A DNA stretch of 56,071 nucleotides from an uncultured Prochlorococcus sp. (lineage in GTDB: Bacteria; Cyanobacteriota; Cyanobacteriia; PCC-6307; Cyanobiaceae), in assembly GCA_902609995.1 (NCBI GenBank), contig CACLUD010000001.1, positions 1 to 56,071 on the forward strand. Reading direction: 5' to 3'. A program made the translations under genes and the position numbers. Of the stretch, positions 20,518-29,743 are shown in pieces (position 1 is the first letter of the stretch; each line of letters begins with the position of its first letter). The notes below the pieces were generated by a model, which made no database searches, was not told where the DNA came from, and was given only the letters and a program-made list of their open reading frames with translations.

Positions 20518-20596
20518 TTTGTAATTAGTTTTCTTTAATTTTAAGAAAATAAATCGTCTTTGATGACTTTTTTTGTCAAAATAATACTAAATTTAA

Positions 20597-21130
20597 TTGA
20601 TAATGTCTTTAATTCCTCTTTTACCAGTATTTCATAAGTTTAATAGGCAATTTTTTGATCAATCTTTAACAACTAATAGAGAACCTTTAGTAAAGGTTAG
20701 ATGGAGCGATAATAGATTAAAGACAACTGCAGGTTTTTATAAGCGTAAACAACTTAAAGGAGTAATTGATTCTGAAATAATTTTGTCAAAGCCAATTTTA
20801 AGTAAATTATCGTGTAATGAAATTCACAGTACTTTATGTCATGAAATGATTCATGCATGGGTAGATAGGATTTTGAATATTAATGAGATACATGGACCAA
20901 ATTTTTTGAGTAAAATGAATGAAATTAACAAAGCAGAAAATAATTTTCAGATAAGTATTAGACATGATTTTCCTGTTGAAAGAAAGGCATTAAAATATAC
21001 TGGTAAATGTTTAAATTGTGGGGAGAAATATATGTATAGAAAAAGAATTAAAAATATTGCTTGTAAGAAATGTTGTAATTTGTTCTTTAATGGATTCTGG
21101 AATAAAAACTGTCTAATTTTGTTTGATTGA
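20597..21130 (+). CDS. SprT-family zinc metalloprotease with C-terminal zinc ribbon (likely start ATG 20603)
   Basis: FNRQFF, RLKTTAG, TLCHEMIH (HExxH), HGPNF and CLNC...CKKC. Confidence 0.88.
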   Translation: MIMSLIPLLPVFHKFNRQFFDQSLTTNREPLVKVRWSDNRLKTTAGFYKRKQLKGVIDSEIILSKPILSKLSCNEIHSTLCHEMIHAWVDRILNINEIHGPNFLSKMNEINKAENNFQISIRHDFPVERKALKYTGKCLNCGEKYMYRKRIKNIACKKCCNLFFNGFWNKNCLILFD

Positions 21131-21215
21131 TAATTTGAAAAATGTGATTTTGTTTCTTTATTTAGAATTTCCTATTATGTTGTTGTAACTTTATATTTAA
21201 AAACAAAGATAATTT

Positions 21216-21785
21216 ATGAATTCTCGCAGACCTAGAAATTTTAGAAATAATTTTGATAGAACAATACTTGATAAACAAGTTGATAAAATTTTTGAAACAG
21301 GCAGACAATTAGTTGATGGTGTATCAGGTTCTAGACCTGGTAAAAAAAGAAGTACTGATTTTCAAGAAATATCTCGCAGGAATGTTAAGAATGTCGGAAG
21401 ATGGGTATCCGACAAATTGGATATTTTTTTTGAAGAAGAAGACGATGATTGGTCTGATCAGGAAAATAGTTATGAAGAGGTACAAGATATTAAATCTTTT
21501 TCAAGAGAATCTAAATTTATTGATGTTGAGAAACCATTTTCTAAGCGTCCTTTAGAGGCTTTATCTTTAAGGCAACCTAAAAGTATCCAGATGGACGAAC
21601 AAAAGAAGTTGCCATATGGTAAATCAAACTCTTTTGATGAATGGCCGGATGATTCAGATTTAAAAGTTGATAGATGGCAAAGATCTTCTGAAAAAATCAA
21701 TGAGATTAATATAAATCAAGATAATCCAAAAAGCGTTTCAAATAATGGAAGAAGTATTCCGAGGTCTAGACGAAGAAGAATATAG
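21216..21785 (+). CDS. Hypothetical, largely disordered and highly charged protein
   Basis: 189-aa ORF with acidic patches (EEEDDDW) and basic termini (MNSRRPR, RSRRRRI); no enzyme motif. Confidence 0.7.
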   Translation: MNSRRPRNFRNNFDRTILDKQVDKIFETGRQLVDGVSGSRPGKKRSTDFQEISRRNVKNVGRWVSDKLDIFFEEEDDDWSDQENSYEEVQDIKSFSRESKFIDVEKPFSKRPLEALSLRQPKSIQMDEQKKLPYGKSNSFDEWPDDSDLKVDRWQRSSEKINEININQDNPKSVSNNGRSIPRSRRRRI

Positions 21786-22382
21786 ATTAGAGAAATTTTG
21801 AATTCCTGATGGACCTAACCAAGTTTCTAAAAGAGGATTGAAGACTTCGCGAATAATAGTTAGAGGTTTTTTATTACGAAAAAATCTATAATTTCTTGAC
21901 CAAAATGGGCCTTCAAAACAAAATTCCTCCTCTAACCAATTTGAATTAACTATTGAAATGCTGTCCACTTCTCTAAATAATTCTGATCTATCTTGAGTTA
22001 AGTTTTTCCAGATTGGTTCTTCTTTTGACTTTAAATTTTGACTGACTTGTTCTGAATTCCACCAACTTTCAGCCCAGGCAAGATTTTTGTTTTGATTTCT
22101 AATCCAAACTTGCCTTCTAACTAAGGGTTCTTTTAATTGATCGATTTCTCTTGGACCCTCTTTTTTAAATAGAGGATCGATCTGCATAGATATTAATCTG
22201 ATTTTTGTTTCGTGATTAGTTAAAAGCTGTAAATGTCTTGTTGGACTGCCATCCCCTAGTAACATTAATTTCCATGCCCCAGATATTTTTGGTAAAGCAT
22301 TTGCAACTAAAAAGGCAGTAGCTTTCTCTTCCCATAAAATTTTTGGTGAGTTGAAGAGTTTATTATTCAGTGCTGTTACCAA
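21738..22382 (-). CDS. ubiC: Chorismate pyruvate-lyase, cyanobacterial type (Ycf21/DUF98)
   Basis: LLGDGSPTRHL, RRQVW, AWAESWW, PIW, WSRNYRF and PLTIIREVF. Confidence 0.78.
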   Translation of the reverse strand: MVTALNNKLFNSPKILWEEKATAFLVANALPKISGAWKLMLLGDGSPTRHLQLLTNHETKIRLISMQIDPLFKKEGPREIDQLKEPLVRRQVWIRNQNKNLAWAESWWNSEQVSQNLKSKEEPIWKNLTQDRSELFREVDSISIVNSNWLEEEFCFEGPFWSRNYRFFRNKKPLTIIREVFNPLLETWLGPSGIQNFSNLYSSSSRPRNTSSII

Positions 22383-22388
22383 TATCTC

Positions 22389-24353
22389 TTATGATGATAA
22401 CTTTTTTTCAGCAAAACTAGTTTTCTTTTCTTTTTTTAGTTCCTTAATTTTGAGCCAAACTAGTAATGCTGTTAAATCAGCTTTACTTACACCGGGTATC
22501 TTGGATGCATCACCAAAATTAGTAGGTTTTATTTTATTTAAATTTTCACGGGCTTCTAGAGATAAAGTATCTATTTGGTCATAATTAATTTCTGAGGAAA
22601 GTGATTTGAGACTTTGACGATTTATCTGATCAATATTATTTTTTTGTCTTTTAAGGTAGCCTTCGTACTTAATATCTATTTCAACTCCCTCAATTACTGA
22701 TATCGGAAGAGTTTTGTCTACCAAATCATATTTTATAAAATCAGAATAGTGAAGATTGGGTCTTTTTAAAAGTTCTTTTAATGTTGTTGATCCTTTAATT
22801 TTTGATCCACTATCTAACTCTATTTTTTTAGCGATTTCATCAGTACATTTTAAACGTGTATTTTCTAATCTTGTATTTTCTTCTTTAAGTGATTTCATTT
22901 TTTTCTGATGAGCCAACCATCTTCTTTCATCTATTAAGCCTATTTCAAAACCTAAAGGAGTTAATCTCCTATCAGCATTATCTCCTCGTAAGGTAAGTCT
23001 ATATTCACTTCTACTTGTGAGGACTCTATATGGTTCTTTAAGATCTCTCGTAATTAAGTCATTTATCATGGTGCCTATATAGCTGCTCTCTCTTGTAAAT
23101 ATTATTGGATCTTTCATATTTAGCTTTCTAGTTGCATTAATTCCTGCAACTAATCCTTGGGCAGCAGCTTCTTCATAGCCAGTTGTTCCATTGATTTGTC
23201 CAGCACTAAATAAATTTTTTATCTCAATTGTTTCTAATGATGACTTAAGTTGTGTCGCAGGGATGTATTCATATTCAACAGCATAAGCAGGCCTAAGCAT
23301 TTTACATTTATTTAATCCTGGTAATGTTCTTAAAAGTTCTAACTGAATATTTTCAGGTAATCCAGTAGAGAATCCTTGTACGTATATTTCTGGTGTATTT
23401 ATCCCTTCAGGCTCTAAGAAAATTTGATGTGAATTTTTGTCCGCAAATTTTACAATCTTGTCTTCGATTGAAGGGCAATATCTAGGACCTTTACTATCTA
23501 TAAATCCTCCATAGATTGGAGTTAAATGCAAATTATTGCGAATTAATTCATGAGTTTTTAAAGTTGTTCTTGTTATATGACAACTTACTTGCGGCATATT
23601 GTTTTTGATTTTGGGATCAAACGAAAAATATTTATCTGCAGCTGTACTTGGTTGAATATCTAATTCATCAAAAGAAATACTCTTTTTATCAACTCTTGCA
23701 GGAGTTCCAGTTTTTAATCGCTCAGTTTTTATTCCAAGATTATGTAAGCTTTGCGTTAATCCTTGTGCCGCTTGCTCTCCAGATCTCCCTGCAGACATTG
23801 ATTTATTACCTATCCAGATTCTTCCTTCCAAAAAAGTTCCTGCAGTAATTATTATTGATTTTGCAGAATAGTAGGTTCCAAAAAAAGTTTTTACACCTTT
23901 GATTTTTTTAGTCTTATTCTTTGAGTTATTAGTAAAAGTTTCAGCCTCTTTTATCACTAATTCAGTAATCATAGCCTCCTTTAACGAAAGATTATCTGTG
24001 TTTTGGAGTATTTCTATCATTCGTTTAGAGTATTCTCTTTTGTCTGTTTGAGCCCTTAATGCCCAAACGGCTGGCCCTCTACTCGCATTTAAAATTCTTT
24101 TTTGGATTGCAGTTTCATCAGCTAATTGTCCAATGATCCCTCCTAAAGCATCAACCTCATGGACTAATTGACTTTTTGCTGGTCCCCCTACAGCTGGATT
24201 ACATGGTTGCCAAGCAATCCTATCTAAATTTATTGTAAATAACGCAGTAGAAAATCCTAATTTTGCTGTCGTAATTGCAGCTTCACAACCTGCATGTCCT
24301 CCACCAATAACAATAATGTCAAAAGACTCATTTGGGGATTGTGGATCTTTCAT
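22389..24353 (-). CDS. mnmG: tRNA uridine-5-carboxymethylaminomethyl(34) synthesis enzyme
   Basis: [36 protein letters not shown] and [16 protein letters not shown]. Confidence 0.97.
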   Translation of the reverse strand: MKDPQSPNESFDIIVIGGGHAGCEAAITTAKLGFSTALFTINLDRIAWQPCNPAVGGPAKSQLVHEVDALGGIIGQLADETAIQKRILNASRGPAVWALRAQTDKREYSKRMIEILQNTDNLSLKEAMITELVIKEAETFTNNSKNKTKKIKGVKTFFGTYYSAKSIIITAGTFLEGRIWIGNKSMSAGRSGEQAAQGLTQSLHNLGIKTERLKTGTPARVDKKSISFDELDIQPSTAADKYFSFDPKIKNNMPQVSCHITRTTLKTHELIRNNLHLTPIYGGFIDSKGPRYCPSIEDKIVKFADKNSHQIFLEPEGINTPEIYVQGFSTGLPENIQLELLRTLPGLNKCKMLRPAYAVEYEYIPATQLKSSLETIEIKNLFSAGQINGTTGYEEAAAQGLVAGINATRKLNMKDPIIFTRESSYIGTMINDLITRDLKEPYRVLTSRSEYRLTLRGDNADRRLTPLGFEIGLIDERRWLAHQKKMKSLKEENTRLENTRLKCTDEIAKKIELDSGSKIKGSTTLKELLKRPNLHYSDFIKYDLVDKTLPISVIEGVEIDIKYEGYLKRQKNNIDQINRQSLKSLSSEINYDQIDTLSLEARENLNKIKPTNFGDASKIPGVSKADLTALLVWLKIKELKKEKKTSFAEKKLSS

Positions 24354-24364
24354 TATCGTGATGA

Positions 24365-25747
24365 TTAGTTGGCTAAGTTTCTAAATCTTGTAAATTGGGG
24401 TTCAAATAATAATTTAACAGTTCCAACAGGACCGTTTCTGTGTTTCGTGACAATAATTTCAGTTATTCCTCTGTCTTCAGTTTCTGGATTGTAATACTCA
24501 TCTCTGTAAATCATTAATACTAAGTCGGCATCTTGTTCTATAGATCCGGATTCTCGAAGGTCACTTAACATAGGTCTTTTATTTGTTCTTGATTCAACTC
24601 CTCTACTTAATTGAGATAAAGCAACTACTGGTACTTTTAACTCTCTTGCCATACTTTTGAGACCTCTAGTGATACGAGATAGTTCTTGAACTCTGTTATC
24701 AGGTGTTGTGCCCTCCATTAGTTGTAAGTAGTCAATAACTATTAAACCAAGTTCTTTTTTCTGCTCAGCTATTAATCTTCTGCATAAAGACCTCATTTCT
24801 AAAACACTTAAATTAGGCTTATCATCAATAAAAATTGGCAGTTGACCTAAAGAGTTAATTCCTTCTCCAAGTAAAGGCCATTCTTCTTGTTGTAGTCTTC
24901 CGGTTCTTAATCTTCCGCTTTCTATACCTACTTCCATAGAAAGTAATCTATATGTAAGTTGTTCTTTGCTCATCTCAAGGCTAAATACACAAACTGGAAG
25001 ATCCTGAGATTGAGCTACATTTTTTGCTAGGTTTAAAACCATTGAAGTTTTTCCCATTGAGGGTCTTCCTGCCACAATTATTAGATCACTCCTTTGAAAG
25101 CCTTGAGTCATTGCGTCAAGGTCATAAAAATTCACTGGAATACCAGCTACAGATGTCCCTAATGATCTGGACTCTATTTCATTAAAAGTACTTGTAAGAA
25201 TTTCTGCCGCTTGGGTCAGACCTTTTGTCGGTTTTTCTTGACTAATTTCAAAAATTTTCTGTTCTGCCTTATCTAAAACCTCATTGGTTTCTTGTGTTTG
25301 ATCAAATCCTAGTTGAACAACCTCATTCCCAGATCGGATGAGTTGTCTCCTTATAAATTTATCACTAATTAAATTAGCAACTTGTTCTATTGAAGCTGTT
25401 GAAGAAACATTTTCTACAAGTTCTACTAATTTAGAATTGCCTCCAATCTTTTCAAGTGATCCATTATCAGCAAGCCATGCACTCATTGAAGTTAGATCTG
25501 TAGGTTTGCCTTGTGTATGCAACATTAAGGCGGTTTTATATATCTCTTGATGAGCATTTATATAAAAGGCTTCTGGTTTAATCAAGTCTGCAATCCTTCC
25601 TATCGCATCAGGATCAAGTAAAATTCCCCCTAAAACAGCTTCTTCTGCTTGAATATTTTGGGGAGGAACTAAACCAGCGTTTTCATTATTAAAGTCTTTT
25701 TTAAAATTCTTATTAGACCCATTATTTGAAAAAGGAACTGAAACCAT
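24365..25747 (-). CDS. dnaB: Replicative DNA helicase
   Basis: [41 protein letters not shown] and KHRNGP; no intein. Confidence 0.98.
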   Translation of the reverse strand: MVSVPFSNNGSNKNFKKDFNNENAGLVPPQNIQAEEAVLGGILLDPDAIGRIADLIKPEAFYINAHQEIYKTALMLHTQGKPTDLTSMSAWLADNGSLEKIGGNSKLVELVENVSSTASIEQVANLISDKFIRRQLIRSGNEVVQLGFDQTQETNEVLDKAEQKIFEISQEKPTKGLTQAAEILTSTFNEIESRSLGTSVAGIPVNFYDLDAMTQGFQRSDLIIVAGRPSMGKTSMVLNLAKNVAQSQDLPVCVFSLEMSKEQLTYRLLSMEVGIESGRLRTGRLQQEEWPLLGEGINSLGQLPIFIDDKPNLSVLEMRSLCRRLIAEQKKELGLIVIDYLQLMEGTTPDNRVQELSRITRGLKSMARELKVPVVALSQLSRGVESRTNKRPMLSDLRESGSIEQDADLVLMIYRDEYYNPETEDRGITEIIVTKHRNGPVGTVKLLFEPQFTRFRNLAN

Positions 25748-25805
25748 GTACTTAAAGACTTAGATATATACTCTGACTACTTTTCCAAATAATGCAACAA
25801 AGTTA

Positions 25806-26261
25806 TTAACTTGTTACTTCAATGTTTACTTCTGCACTTACTTCTTGATGTAGTTTTATCTTTGCAACGAAAGAACCTAAATTATGAATATCTGGGACAG
25901 TTATGTCTCTTCTATCAATATCTTTTTTCGTAGCTGCCTCTATAGCTTCAGCAACATCTCCATTAGTAACAGTTCCAAAAAGGACACCATCTTCTCCAAC
26001 TTGTTTCTTGATTGTAAATCTACCAATAGTTGCTAGTGCGGTTTTAAAGTCAATAGCTTCTTGTTTTACTTTCTCTGCAGCAATTTTTTCTTTTGCTCTT
26101 TTTCGTTCAATTTGTTTCAGAATTGAAGGAGTTACATTAGCTGCTTTACCAAATGGTAATAAAAAATTCCTTGCATAACCAGGTGCTACTTCTACCACAT
26201 CACCATCTCTACCAAGAGTGGCAACTGATTCTGTTAAAACGACTTTTACTCTTTTAGCCAT
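25806..26261 (-). CDS. rplI: 50S ribosomal protein L9
   Basis: [17 protein letters not shown] and LFGTVT. Confidence 0.97.
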
Positions 26262-26281
26262 GAAAATATTTATTTATTTAT

Positions 26282-27220
26282 TTAATAATAAGACCTAGAG
26301 GGTAATTTTACTTTTTTTGCGAATCCTAATTTAGCAAGAATCTTAATATGCTCCCATGTTAAATCAATTTGGCCTCTAAATAATCCTTGTCTAGCTGAAT
26401 TAGGAAATGCATGATGATTATTGTGCCATCCTTCTCCAAATGTTAAAGCTGCAACCCAAGCATTATTTTTTGATCCATCGCCACTTTCAAAAGGAGCTTT
26501 TCCCCAACAATGGGTTGCTGAATTTACTAACCATGTAATGTGATAAACCACTACAAGTCTTAGAGGTATTCCCCATAATACTAATGCCCATCCTCCAACA
26601 CCTAATTTTTGCCCTATCGCAAACAAACATAAGCCAATAGGAATTTGTAAAAAGAGAAAATATTTATTAAGGAATCTATAATATGGATCTTTAATTAAAT
26701 CTGCACTTAATTTTGGTACTGCTTTTAATGCCTCAACATCTTTAAACATCCAACCCATGTGACTCCACCAAAATCCTCTCTTACTATTGTGATGATCAAC
26801 TTCTGTGTCTGAGAAAGAGTGGTGGTGCCTGTGTAGGCCAACCCAATCTATTGGTCCATGCTGGCAGCTGATAGCTCCACATGTAGCAAAAAATCTCTCC
26901 AACCATTTTGGGACAACAAACGATCTATGGGAAAGTAAACGATGATAACCCAAAGTGACTCCAAGACAAGCAGTTAGCCAGTAAAAGAAAAATAATGCAA
27001 TTACTGCAGGCATGCTCCAAAACTGAGGTTGTAATGCTACTAAGGATAATAAATGGATGGCAATCATAAAAAAAATTGTTCCCCATGTTTTGTGTAATCT
27101 TGGAGGATATCTCTTAGAGTGACTAGATGGTTCAAGTAATTTATCTGAGAGTTCTATAACTTTTTCTGCAGGGACAGGTTTTTTTAATTTGGCTGTTTCT
27201 TGGAAGATAACTGATTTCAT
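26282..27220 (-). CDS. desC: Delta-9-type acyl-lipid desaturase (start placed at ATG 27220; ORF extends to 27268)
   Basis: Three His boxes: GYHRLLSH, HRHHH and GEGWHNNHH. Confidence 0.85.
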   Translation of the reverse strand: MKSVIFQETAKLKKPVPAEKVIELSDKLLEPSSHSKRYPPRLHKTWGTIFFMIAIHLLSLVALQPQFWSMPAVIALFFFYWLTACLGVTLGYHRLLSHRSFVVPKWLERFFATCGAISCQHGPIDWVGLHRHHHSFSDTEVDHHNSKRGFWWSHMGWMFKDVEALKAVPKLSADLIKDPYYRFLNKYFLFLQIPIGLCLFAIGQKLGVGGWALVLWGIPLRLVVVYHITWLVNSATHCWGKAPFESGDGSKNNAWVAALTFGEGWHNNHHAFPNSARQGLFRGQIDLTWEHIKILAKLGFAKKVKLPSRSYY

Positions 27221-27296
27221 AATATTGGAAAAACTATTTTCAAAAAGACCGATATGTAATATTATCATACTATACTATTGATTATTTTAATTATCC

Positions 27297-28013
27297 GTGA
27301 GCTTAGGATATCGCGATAAATTATTGAAGGGTCGAAGAGCGATGGCTCATTTGATACATCTTTGGCACGAGAGGAATGGTTGGTCTCACAGGGTTTTACC
27401 TTTGTTGTCTGAAATACTAGATTTAGGAAGAGTACACAATTCTCAGATTTCAAATCTTAGAAATGGAAAGTTATCATCGCCTGGTCCGGAAGTTTTTCTT
27501 GCATTAGCACAGGTCAATACGATCCTTGATCAAGGAATAGAATCGATAAGGGATCAATTAGAAAAGAATCATCCAGAATTATGGAGGTCATTACAAGATT
27601 CTGCTCTTCCATTAAAAAATGATTCTGGCAAGCCATTGTCAGCCGGGGAATTATTTGAAATTTTTTCTGGTTTAAAACCTCTACCTTCATCATTTGATTG
27701 GTATATAGAAGATTATGAGGCGTCTACGTTAAGTGATGCTCTTTCTGATCATTTTTGTCAAAATAGGCCTTGGAGATCTTGTAAGATGATCGTTATGGAT
27801 GCGTATAAAGTTTCAAAGTCTTTAAGGAGAGACCGTTTTGCAGAAGTGATAGCGGGAATAAAAGATTTTACAGCAGAAGAATTAGATGGTGAATTATTAG
27901 ATCTCTATGAGACCTCAAAAAAACTTTCTTATTTCAACGGAGGAGGACCCAATGCTTTTCTTACATACTTAAGAGATATTGCTTCACAAAAAAAAGAAAG
28001 TTTAAGAGAATGA
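27297..28013 (+). CDS. Hypothetical protein with N-terminal XRE/Cro-like helix-turn-helix
   Basis: LWHERNGWSHRVL...VHNSQISNLRNGKLSSPGPEVFLALA resembles the XRE HTH pattern; GTG start; ATGA overlap with the next gene. Confidence 0.6.
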   Translation: MSLGYRDKLLKGRRAMAHLIHLWHERNGWSHRVLPLLSEILDLGRVHNSQISNLRNGKLSSPGPEVFLALAQVNTILDQGIESIRDQLEKNHPELWRSLQDSALPLKNDSGKPLSAGELFEIFSGLKPLPSSFDWYIEDYEASTLSDALSDHFCQNRPWRSCKMIVMDAYKVSKSLRRDRFAEVIAGIKDFTAEELDGELLDLYETSKKLSYFNGGGPNAFLTYLRDIASQKKESLRE

Positions 28014-29299
28014 AAAATAAAAATTATAATTTTAGCTTAGCCGAAGAAATGGTTATATCCGTAGAAGAAGGTTTAAAGGGCATTTTTGATGAAAGATCAA
28101 ATCAAATCTATTACAAATTAGATAATATCTTGAAAATTTTTAAAGAAGAAAAAGTTTCAACAAGTCACTTCAATCAATCTACAGGTAGTGGACATGATGA
28201 TTTATCTAGACAAAAGATTGATGAGGTATTCGCTAAATTTTTTCTTGCAGAAAAATCAGCTGTAAGGATGCAATTTGTAAGTGGAACTCATGCTATAAGC
28301 TCCGTTCTTTTTGGTACTTTGCGGCCAGGGGATTTAATGTTATCTGTAACTGGAACTCCTTACGATACATTGGAGGAAGTTATAGGTATAAGAGGAAAGG
28401 GCAAAGGCTCCTTATTAGATTTAGGAGTTGAATATCGTCAAATTAGTATTGATGAAAAAACAAATTCTTACGAAGATAAACTTGTAGATTTTTTTAATAA
28501 TAACAAATGCAAATTAGTATTTATCCAGAAAAGTTGTGGTTATAGCTGGAGAAAATCTTTAAATAATAATCAAATAAAACAAATTTGTAACCTTGTTCAT
28601 TCACTTAATCCTGAGTGTATTTGTTTTGTGGATAATTGTTATGGAGAACTTGTAGAAGATAGTGAACCAATTATTAATGGAGCAAATATAATCGCTGGAT
28701 CTCTAATTAAAAACTTGGGTGGGACTATTGTTCCTACTGGCGGATATATTGCAGGTGATTCTGAATTAGTTGAAATGGCATGTTGTAGATTAACCGCGCC
28801 AGGAATTGGTGCCGATGCCGGAATTAACTTTGGTTTTGGAAGATTAATTCTGCAGGGATTATTTTTAGCACCACAAATGGTGCATGAATCTCTCAAAGGT
28901 GCTGATTTGGTAGCTGCAGTATTTAAAAAGCTAGGCTTTATTGTGTTACCCGAGCCTAAATCGTACAGATCAGACATAATTCAAGCAGTTAGATTAAATA
29001 ATCCATTTTTAATACAAAAAGTATGTCAGTCTTTTCAAAATTCTTCACCGATAGATTCTTTTTTAAATGTTATTCCTTCTCCAATGAGTGGTTATGAATC
29101 AAATTTATTAATGTCTGGAGGTACTTTTATTGAAGGAAGTACAAGTGAATTTTCAGCTGATGCTCCTTTAAGAGATCCATTTAATATTTTTGTCCAAGGT
29201 GGTTCTCACATGGCTCACATCAAAATTGCTTTAATTCAATTAGTATCTGAATTATTAGAAGAAAATCTAATTGAAAAGGAATCTCTCATTTTCCCATAA
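28010..29299 (+). CDS. YnbB/aluminium-resistance family PLP enzyme (methionine gamma-lyase-like)
   Basis: QFVSGTHAI, PYDTLEEVIG, VDNCYGE, GSLIKNLGG (PLP Lys) and SADAPLR. Confidence 0.88.
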   Translation: MKNKNYNFSLAEEMVISVEEGLKGIFDERSNQIYYKLDNILKIFKEEKVSTSHFNQSTGSGHDDLSRQKIDEVFAKFFLAEKSAVRMQFVSGTHAISSVLFGTLRPGDLMLSVTGTPYDTLEEVIGIRGKGKGSLLDLGVEYRQISIDEKTNSYEDKLVDFFNNNKCKLVFIQKSCGYSWRKSLNNNQIKQICNLVHSLNPECICFVDNCYGELVEDSEPIINGANIIAGSLIKNLGGTIVPTGGYIAGDSELVEMACCRLTAPGIGADAGINFGFGRLILQGLFLAPQMVHESLKGADLVAAVFKKLGFIVLPEPKSYRSDIIQAVRLNNPFLIQKVCQSFQNSSPIDSFLNVIPSPMSGYESNLLMSGGTFIEGSTSEFSADAPLRDPFNIFVQGGSHMAHIKIALIQLVSELLEENLIEKESLIFP

Positions 29300-29307
29300 A
29301 TTCTATT

Positions 29308-29697
29308 ATGTCCTATAAGTTTCCAAATTATCTAAAATATGCTGATACACATGAATATGTGAAGGAAGAAAATGGATTATTAAAAATTGGTGTTAGTGAG
29401 TTTGCTATTGATCAATTAGGAGATATTGTTTTTGTGGAATTAGTCGAGAAGGGAACTTATTTACAAAAAGGAGAAACTTTTGGAACAATTGAATCTGTTA
29501 AGGCTGTTGAAGAGGTATATCTTCCTTTTTCAGGAGAAGTGATTTCTGTTAATGAAGGAGTTATTGATAATCCAGAAATTTTGCAAAATGATCCAATTGG
29601 TGATGGATGGTTGCTAATTATTAAATCAGAATCAAATGTTTTATTAGACGAATTAATGAATTCAGATGAATATAAATCAAAGGTTGTTCCGAATTAA
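29308..29697 (+). CDS. gcvH: Glycine cleavage system H protein
   Basis: HEY, QLGDIVFVEL and the lipoyl motif IESVKAVEE. Confidence 0.96.
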   Translation: MSYKFPNYLKYADTHEYVKEENGLLKIGVSEFAIDQLGDIVFVELVEKGTYLQKGETFGTIESVKAVEEVYLPFSGEVISVNEGVIDNPEILQNDPIGDGWLLIIKSESNVLLDELMNSDEYKSKVVPN

Positions 29698-29743
29698 AGC
29701 AAATTTCTAAAAACCGGCTATTTTAAAGAAAAATAAATTAAAT

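Noticed and set aside
21216-21785. Helicase or other enzyme call for the 189-aa protein
   Set aside because: No Walker A/B or DEAD-box motifs; its composition indicates disorder.
24365-25747. Inteins in dnaB or dnaX, as found in some cyanobacteria
   Set aside because: Both insertion-site motifs ([15 protein letters not shown]) are uninterrupted and the protein lengths are normal.
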